Assembly: GCA_000091205.1 (NCBI GenBank)
Contig: AP006497.2
From: Cyanidioschyzon merolae
Lineage: Eukaryota
Strand: one strand, 5' to 3'
Length of the DNA stretch: 64,000 nucleotides
The notes below the pieces were generated by a model. It saw only the letters and a program-made list of their open reading frames with translations, was not told the DNA's origin and ran no database searches. Each line of letters starts with the position of its first letter. Position 1 is the stretch's first letter. Below are positions 55,501 to 63,984 of the stretch, piece after piece. Made by a program: the position numbers and the translations under genes.

Positions 55501-55824
55501 AAAGCGTCCGCAAGATATGCAGGGCTAAGCGGAGACGCGCGCAACACAGCTGTTGGTGTGACCTCTACAACGGAGACGACGGCAACCCCGTCGGTGGAGG
55601 AACAGCGCGAGTTGCAAGCGTTCGCTCCGGTTGTCGCATTTGTTTTGGAGAATATCGCTGCTGCTCCGGATGCCGTATTTGATTACCTCGTGCGCGGTCT
55701 TTTCAAGGAGCTCGCTGATCTGATTCGTACTGCCGGGGAGCCTGCTGATGTTCGCGTTGCGCTGGCGAGCATCTTCCATCGCCTGGGAAGCGTCTGGCTG
55801 GACAAGTCTTGCGCGCTTTCCTGA
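49513..55824 (+). CDS. Large Sec7-domain ARF guanine-nucleotide exchange factor of the BIG/GBF class (2103 aa, single exon)
   Basis: Sec7 domain from about 51940 to 52480: '[18 protein letters not shown]…[19 protein letters not shown]…[51 protein letters not shown]…[50 protein letters not shown]'. This includes the catalytic-Glu '[11 protein letters not shown]' block. Upstream DCB/HUS-like and downstream HDS-like helical regions. Poly-Ser from (TCG)9 at 51763-51790. Confidence 0.9.
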   Translation: [2103 protein letters not shown]

Positions 55825-57780
55825 GATTCGGCCATATTTACGACGAGACATCCTATGGTGAGCGTTGTAGACATTACGCTCGACTTGATAGCGAATGCCC
55901 GACATGAACTGCGATATCGCGCACCGCTCATATACGGAGTTGGAGAGGGCGCAGTGCCCTGCTCCGGAAAGCGCTGTAAACTTCAATGGAGCCGGGGTGT
56001 GTGTGTATGTGTGTAATGTCACGCTACGATGAATGGATGGAATCGTCTGCGTCTGGTGCCGTGCAACTGCTGCAGTCGATGGAGCATGGCGCTTTTCCAC
56101 GTTGCGCATTGTTTGACATCCGAGCCAGCTCGTCGCTGGGCTTGAACGACCCCAGGCCGGGGCAGTGCCGGGGGAGCGCTTCGTCGCGGAGGCTATCGCT
56201 CTGGGTCTTCTAGTTTCTGTGGCATGCCTCGTGATGGCGCGGCTTGGTGCACTGTGGTGCTCTCTTTGTGAGCTGTTCTTCTTTTTCTGAGCCTACTCTG
56301 GGCAGAGCGGTTGTGTGGTTGAAGTGAAAGGTATCGCAGATTGTAAAGTGAGGTATTGTATCGGGTGCAGGATGCACTGATGCTGTCCCAGGTAAAGACT
56401 GCATCACTGCTTCACAAGAAGGAGCATATGCAGATGGAAATCTCGCGGCTTGTATTCCAGCCTAGGCATTTTCTTCCTGTAATTTTCACATCATGAGCAA
56501 CATTGCGTGCCACAACATCCTCTAGCGAATGGAACGGTATGCATTGGATTGTGCAGCCGACAAAGTCCTTGCTGGGGCATCATCCAGAAGAAGCTGGTGA
56601 TCATAGGGTCATGCACCAGGGCGCCGGAACCGAGGGCGGCACGGAATGCAGCCCCTCGTATACGCTAAGTGCATATACCGAGCGATGAAACATGTTTCGA
56701 TGCTCCACAGCACGACTCTCGGGGGATAAGATGATTTAGTGCACGTATAGGCACAACTGACAACTGCCATTTGTCCTGCTGCGAGGCGTTCATCGAGGCA
56801 GTATACCAAGAACATTGAATTGACAATCGAAGCGTGGGTCGAAACTATCTTGTGTGCAGCATTTACGTCAACGACAGCTGGAAGCGGCTGCACGGAAAGC
56901 TCAGCGCTGCCATCCACACGCTTCGACTGCTGACAACAGGGCAAGAGGTAACGAAGAGACCAGGATATTCCAGTCCGGAGAGAAGCGTGTGGAATTGAAA
57001 GCACTTGCAGCGAATCCCGCAAAAGCCGCTGTTGATGGTGATGGCAAGAGATTCGAACCTAAGACCGTACATTGGATAAGGTTATATGGACTCAATCCGT
57101 TTCGTTTCGACACAGGTGCATTAGTTGCCCGAAAAATTGGTCTGGTCTCTGGAGCGGTGTTATTCAGAGATTGTGCAAGCCTTGTAACGTGGGGGGTCCG
57201 CCACTGGGCTTGGCAGGTCGGCAGCGCGCTTTTGATCCTCCTTATACACACGGGAGGATGAACACGCCACGGAGCGTCGTAAGCTCATTTTACGTGCCCC
57301 ATGGAGAGCGTTCCTTTGAGCCAGTCAGCGGTGCGGACGGTCGGGAAGCAAGGGCGTCAAAGCGCAGCAGTCGCCTTTACGGTACCTACAAAGAGCTGCT
57401 ACAAGTGATTGAAGAGCTTCGTGAGGAAAGTGCTCGCTGGCTACACGCTGATCAGACGAATGCCGAGCGACCAGTGGGCGAGGACGTCGACTGTGCTGCT
57501 AAAGCTTCTAGCGGAGAGAGAGACGACGTGCAGCCGGCACCAGTGTCGACCGCGCTTGCGGGAAACGGCACAAGCTCCGTTTCAGGGATAGAGCTTTCTG
57601 GTTCGTCTTAGAGTCATAGGAAAGAAGCCTGTCCAGCAGGGGCGAGTGCTTGGCACGTGGGAGAGGTACGAGTGTATATACGGGGCGAGCTGCTACTCGC
57701 CACATCCATGTCAGACCAGGTGCAACGCTGCGGGTTTCACCTTGTTGACTCGGGTGCACGATGTGAAATTTTGGTAGTTC

Positions 57781-57839
57781 CCACCACCACCAGCACCAGC
57801 ACCACCACCAGCACCACCACCACCAGCACCACCACCAGC

Positions 57840-57873
<34 letters not shown>

Positions 57874-57877
57874 TCAT
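57781..57877. repeat. Compound microsatellite (CCA/GCA)n followed by (CAT)8
   Basis: Direct reading 'ccaccaccaccagcaccagcaccaccaccagcaccaccaccaccagcaccaccaccagcaccaccaccaccatcatcatcatcatcatcatcatg'. The His-coding frame has no upstream ATG before a stop at 57764. Confidence 0.9.
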
Positions 57878-59819
57878 GACAAGCCTTTGCGGGGTTTTTG
57901 TGTGACGGCTTCATCCTCTCCTGTCTTATCTTCGAATTTGGATAAGCTGGTCTTTCCTTTCCTTCCGGCCCCATAGTCAGCAGTCGAAGGATGTTGATAG
58001 CAGCTTTCTTCCCGATTTCGCTGCTTTCGACCACTGACAACGCGATATATTCTGAGGCAAAAGTTGTGATCCACATGTCGCATGTCATTTTCATCTTCTT
58101 TATATGCAGGCTCGGTGCGGCTTTGGCAGTGCTGACACCTGTCTCTGGTCAGGTTTTCTCGTATTTAAGCTGGAGTTTCTCGGTCTCCGAGGCTGGCTCT
58201 TTGACACCCAAACGCTTGCATCATCTCCCGATAGATGTCCGTCATAGGTACGGAAGGCTCCCAACAATGCCTTTCTTCGTTTCGGAGCCCGGTGCCATAC
58301 CTAGCAATCACGACCAACTCCTGGGCGCTCCTCTCAGTGAGAACGCTGTGCGCTGCACGCGCAACAGCACGCTGTTCTTTTCGATAAAAGGTTTGTGATA
58401 TGCGATGTCGTTCGTGATGAAACTACTATCGGAAAGAATGTTCGACAAGAAACCTTGCCGAGAAATTCAATCCAACTGCGGGGTTCCTTCATGCTCCGCC
58501 GCATCGCGCTCTCCTCTGGAAGTAATCGCTGTGATGACACGAGTCCGAATCCAAGATCCCTTTCCATGCAGAAAGAAGAGACACGAAATTCTGGAAGCAC
58601 AGAATGCTTCCACTATCATGATGATGTCCAATACAGTATCGTCAATGGCTACAAAGAGACGAGAATTCGTCTCTCGAATGGGCTCGATTACTTGACGCGG
58701 GATGCTCATTGAACATTCTGCATGAGCGTGTGAAGATGCCGCAGCGGACGGCTTGGAATATGTTCATTCGTGAGACCATCCGCGTGTGTGGTTTTACACT
58801 GGAGTGTTGCGAGACAAATAGATCGAACAATTGAAAAATATGTGATATGAACAATGTACACACAAACAAAGGAAGGCAGTGGCAGCATGTACGTATGAAT
58901 GAAATGATAATTTCGTTTATATTAGGATGCCTTGTTCGATCGGACAGCAAATGATCCTTGTGACGTTGCAGTTACGAATTTCAGCTGCTAAGCGCCTAAG
59001 GAGTCATTCCAAAAGGACGGTTAAGAATTCTGAAACAAAGTCTGAATCCATTAGCGTTACCATTGTGCCTCGGGTGTCGACGCCGGGCAACCAAGAAAGC
59101 GCGGAAAACAAACCAAAAGTCAGAGGCACATCGAGGCGACCTATGATCTTTTCTAATCCGATACGGGTATGGCGCATATTCTCTGTGCTGTTTATGTTGC
59201 ACACATAAATCGAGGAAACACTTGGAAAGCTCGAGCGAACGGCATACAGAATACCCGCAAGTTTCGCATGGTAGATTGGGGCGCGAACCGCAGGCTGCAT
59301 GTGCAGCATGTGGTCATATCATACACCATGGTCGCAGATATATGGCGAAAATGTGTATACCTGCTTTGAGAACCCAATCGAACACCATAAAGATAATGAT
59401 CATGGTCACGTACGGCCCGCGCTGCGAACGACGCAAACATGCGCTCTGATTACTTCTGAAGCATCTTTTCTGCTGTTATCACTTAGGTACGGAACCGCAA
59501 ATCGAACGAAACGTTTCACGCATTTGTAGAGACATTGTCAGCATCAGGCTGCTACTGCCATGCATTGTGGTCAGACCTTGATTTTCATGTTGCTCACACA
59601 ACATTCTCCATTCGAAGCACCTCATCTAGTCCCTCAGGAAACTGATTTCACAGTCGGCAGCTATGCTCGGCTTGTGAGCAGTAGATAGAGAAGCGACCCG
59701 TAACAAGGCTGGCGGGCACATGATCAACGTCGCGTGTTCATGCTTACAGATTTGAGCGTAGCAATCTTCTCCGATCCCAGACCGACGTATCCGATTTGGT
59801 TCAAAGGTCTAGTTGATAT

Positions 59820-60671
59820 CTAGAGGAAAATCCAGGGCGATATGTCAAAATCGACGCCGCCTAAACATGGTACCGTAAACTGCAGCACCAATGCGACAAC
59901 AAGCGGTATAAGCAGATTGTCGTCCAAGGCGAAGGGAAACCATCGAAGTGGCAAGGTCCTCTGCGGCGACGGCGTAAGCCATTCCGCGAGCATCGCCGCA
60001 GCGCTCGGTACCAAGCAATTCAGCCAGAGACAGAGCGTGTTCCCGGGACGGAGACTGCTCGCACGGAACACGACGAACATAGTGAGCGTCGCGGCTGCGA
60101 AACCCGCCACGCTCCCTACCAGCGACTTGTTGTGCCGAGCACGGGTAGAATGATCTAGTTCTGGTATATAGCGTCGCACCATATTTCCCACTAGTGCAGC
60201 AACCGGATCTGAAACGGACAGAACGACAATGGCTATGATTGCGACACCCTTGGGGTAGAGAGCGATAGTTATTAGCGCTCCAAGTATAAAGGGCACCATA
60301 CCGCTGAACCGGTGCTGCTCTTGGCTGCGCATAAAAGGTCCCATCAAAACCATAACGAGGGCGTTGAGCCGAGGGTTGAGGAGTCTCATTATTTCCAAGA
60401 AGAGCTGAGCAGTCCAAAGCACAGCCAAAGTTGTCAAGAAGACTCGTTTTGAAGAGAACGAGCGGAACGCCAGCACGAGCAAGTAGCCGTTCAAGAAGTG
60501 GAACAAGCGACGGTTCCAGTGCAGTGCCTGGGTCTCCGCCAACCTTTTCCGAACGGTTGCGCTCCCTCCAACGGCCGACACTGCTGGACTTGTTCGGCGC
60601 TGACGCCTCTGGGCGGGCGCCGCGTCACCACCCATGGTGTCTTCTCTGTTGCTGACCAGGAGCATCGTCAC
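59820..60671 (-). CDS. Small polytopic membrane protein of the CTP-dependent polyprenol-kinase family (phytol-kinase VTE5 / dolichol-kinase / DGK1-like), 283 aa
   Basis: About 6 hydrophobic segments (e.g. 'LFHFLNGYLLVLAF', 'VFLTTLAVLWTAQLFL', 'MVPFILGALITIALY', 'VAIIAIVVLSV'). The C-terminal conserved-looking block 'VSDPVAALVGNMVRR…HNKSLVGSVAGF' resembles the 'GDxxAxxxG…K(S/T)xEG(S/T)xA' signature of this family. Assignment rests on motif resemblance only. Confidence 0.5.
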   Translation of the reverse strand: MTMLLVSNREDTMGGDAAPAQRRQRRTSPAVSAVGGSATVRKRLAETQALHWNRRLFHFLNGYLLVLAFRSFSSKRVFLTTLAVLWTAQLFLEIMRLLNPRLNALVMVLMGPFMRSQEQHRFSGMVPFILGALITIALYPKGVAIIAIVVLSVSDPVAALVGNMVRRYIPELDHSTRARHNKSLVGSVAGFAAATLTMFVVFRASSLRPGNTLCLWLNCLVPSAAAMLAEWLTPSPQRTLPLRWFPFALDDNLLIPLVVALVLQFTVPCLGGVDFDISPWIFL

Positions 60672-61024
60672 CGCCGTACACAGTCGAACGCTGCCGACCG
60701 TGTACAGTGGTGGCTAGCGACCCGCCCTAGACGAAACGTCCCCAACTGACGTGCAGCCGCCTCCGAGCCGCTGTCGACCGGCCACCTGCTACTGCGTCCA
60801 TTTGTGTCTCATTTCTTTCCGACGTTTAGAGGTTGTCCAACAAAATGCTCTCGTGGCCACTCTGGAGGTGTGTTCTCCAGCACCGCACATTTCTTTATAT
60901 TGATAACAGCGATAAAGTCTCGGTTAACAAACTCCATACAATTCTCCCTGTTGGTTGTTGTACTTACTAGTGCACCAAGTCCTCGAATTTTCGCCCTCCT
61001 TTCCATTTGCTCTTCCGTCAGCGC

Positions 61025-61468
61025 TCAGTACTTTTGTATATCATCAGGGCTCCTCCGACGCTTTTCCATCTCGACCCCCTGAAGTGTACACCCCAGTTCA
61101 TGGTGTGTATACGATGTTCGGAACTCATCTTCGGATGTTGTAACGAAACGCCGTGGACACTCCTTGTACACCCTCGTCGTTGGAGATGACGTAGTCTCTT
61201 TCTTAGGCGCACAGCGCCCGGCCCCATACGCTACTACGAGCCTCTGACGTTCATCCTCCTCCAAGGTGCCCAACTGATTGAAAAAGTTGGCAAACGCCCG
61301 CTGTTTCCCAGCATATAGATTCATTCGCAAACGAACCACCGGGGCTTTGTATACTCTTCGCACACTTGCTCCGAATGAGCGACGCGAACCTCCGATGAAC
61401 ACCCGAAAAGCTTCAGAGCCCGCTCTGCGGGTAGTCAACTCTTTCATAGCTTCCAGGTGCTCTCTCAT
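61025..61468 (-). pseudogene. Short ORF (147 aa) with a degenerate TnpB/Fanzor(OrfB)-like C-terminal signature; possible relic of an IS605/IS607-OrfB-type element
   Basis: 'LVVAYGAGRCAPKKETTSSPTTRVYKECPRRFVTTSEDEFRTSYTHHELGC' resembles the RuvC-II-to-zinc-finger junction of TnpB/Fanzor proteins ('…GdW…kg.pPsPtk.L…VdE(F/Y)xTSK.C..C'). The Zn-finger cysteines and RuvC-III are absent, so the ORF would be truncated or decayed. It sits in the low-GC subtelomeric block. The call is pattern-level only. Confidence 0.2.
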
Positions 61469-61918
61469 TTCTGCAATCCACGTCTCAGTTATCTTCCTCG
61501 AACTCGTGATACCCGCTACTCGATAATTCCTCGCTCAAGAGAACCTCAAAAGACGCATACATTACTGATGTAAGTCGCCGTCGATGCAGTCTGCCGCACG
61601 CTTGGGAACAGCAATGGTTATGATATTCGTGTTCCAGGGGTTAAGGCTGACGACAAAGTCGTTCCCGTAGGGATATACATCCAGTGGCCCGCCTTCCTTT
61701 TTTCGTGTTTCGGCAAGTTCGATAACGCAGACGGGATAGCGCGAAGTGCCTGCATCCGCTGAGAGTGTCAATATTTGGATACCGCATCGTAAAAGATTGT
61801 CCCCGTGAATGCCTTTTTTTGGCCGGTTTGGGGCGCATGAAATCGAAGATATTCTTCCAGTAGGTGTCCTGTCCTCGCCGGTGACCTCTTTGTTTCTTAC
61901 ATCGAGCTGAGGGTAGAT

Positions 61919-62719
61919 CTATTTCATGAAGGCGTAAAGGACTCTCGAGTCGATACTCAAAGGATATGACTTGAACTCGCGTAAACGAACAGCAATTAAG
62001 CGAATCTGGAGAAGCTTCTCAATGGCGTTTCTCCCATCGGTCATTTTTTCCACATTCAGCTCCATGTCGGCCTTGCGTTCGAGTTCTCGGTCCAAAACCA
62101 TGAAGTAGGGCAGGATGAGGGGGTAATACCACTCTTCGTCTGTTTGGTCATATCTGACAGTTTTGTCGTGGGCTGACAAGCCCCAAGACCGAACGATGCT
62201 TTTAAATAGTCGAGCGGATAACAGAAGCCTCATTCATTCTCCTCCGTGACGTCCTCTTGTCGACGAATTTGATATACAGTTCACGCTGGCGATCGTTCTT
62301 GATACCATCGATGATTGCCCGCATAACTTCGCGAAACTGGCCCGGGTACAGCGCAAAGACGGCGCATATCATGAAAAAAAGACGTTTAAGATCGTATGGT
62401 TTCTTACAATCGTGAGGCACATCATTGCACTATATACGTAAATATCTGCGTCACACCTGTGTCGAGCACCGTTGAAGCGGAATTTTGCGTAATTTTTTGG
62501 TGAGGCATGCACTTGCTCGTTTCTCCTCGATGTTTGCCCATTAAAAAGAGTCAGATGGTTGATGAAATTCTTATTGAAAAATTCTTCCGAAAACATCACT
62601 TCTGCGATGTGCGTTAAGTCGCGATGCAGCTCGCTCTCCAAATGCCTCAGTCCTAAAGAAAAAGTACAAACATTCCTGGAGTGAGAAACTACGCAGTTTC
62701 TGATACCGTCTCGCAACAT
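61919..62719 (-). pseudogene. Three overlapping minus-strand ORFs in three frames (62369..62719, 62202..62420, 61919..62233) that look like one frameshift-disrupted gene of unknown function
   Basis: Consecutive ORFs overlap by 51 and 31 nt on the same strand. All three are lower-GC with similar amino-acid composition (K/R/E/F/Y-rich globular-looking). No domain recognised. Confidence 0.3.
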
Positions 62720-63984
62720 TCAGCCGTACGGATCATTGATATGTGGGAGACGAGAGGATTCCACACCCATCTCGTCGTACAGACGTCCCAAATGCAGCCA
62801 TCGACGTAAGGCACCCCATTTTCCTTCTTCTTCTCTTCCTGACCTTTTTCACTAGGCACTGTGACTCGTTTCCTTCTGACATCCGGCAACAACGACCAAC
62901 AAAAACCCACTATCTCCAGTTGCATAGCTCTAACTTTTTTTCGAGAAAAACACATTGTACGCTGCTGTTTCGACCGCGAGAATTAGTTGAACACATTTAC
63001 AGGAAGATTGAAACGCCATTGAAGCCAACACTAAAATTTGCTACGTTCGGATAGCATATAGAACTGGCCCCGATACAGCAGTCGCTCAAGAAGAGGTCAT
63101 TAACACGTTCCCCTTGATTGGCGAGACGCACGTGGTGGAATATGACGGCTGGAGTCCGGGAAGCGTTACCAGGGAGCACTATACAAAAAAACAAAAAAGA
63201 GACAATGTCCAAAAACGCGATGCCAAATACGAAGGCCACCTACTGTAAACATTGAAAGGAAGAAGTATTTGGGTATGGTCAAACAGTTACATTTAGGCGA
63301 GAGGTATCCGAGCGCGAAAATCTAATCGCGTGTACTCCGTGTGACCTTTAGTGGAGAGTGATGTGACGCACCTTGGTATCTCAGCCGAAACAAAATTGAT
63401 TATGGGACTAGGAGCGGGCATTCTGCGTCTGAGCGTTAACTTCGTCCCGGTGGACTAATAGCACACAGCACCACGCTACCGCGGGCAATAGATCCTTTAG
63501 AACAGTTTGGAGGCTGCCAAGAAAGCATATGACCCCCGTATCTCATGTTGCATGAACCAAGCAACTCCAACGCGCTCCATGGAATCCAAGAGCTGCTCTG
63601 TTTCCAGAATGCATCCCCAAGAGAGAGAGAGATGCTACGGCGGATGCCAGACAGGCTTAGGGCGTACAATCGAAGCGTAAAACGACCAATGCCGATGCAC
63701 GTGACTAAAAAGTGTGGGAAGGTACAGAAATAGTCAGGCTTAACAAAATACATCCCCAAAACAATGTCGATCCGACAATATCGGTCACCTGGTCAGAGGA
63801 CAGGATCTGTCGATCAAAAAAAAGCCAGGCGTGGAATGGAAAAGCCTAAGGGCTCCGGAATGATAAATGTCTATATACCACTCACGTACGCGCCAAAAAC
63901 GTAACGCCGGAGAAAAAACCCTAACGAATCTGGAAGGCTACCCTTCATAATCACAGATGCTATCGCGCTGAGAACATGGTATGT

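Noticed and set aside
57782-57877. Poly-His-encoding frame of the compound microsatellite as a metal-binding peptide gene
   Set aside because: No ATG lies between the upstream in-frame stop (57764) and the repeat, so it is not an ORF in the provided track. It is most likely non-coding.
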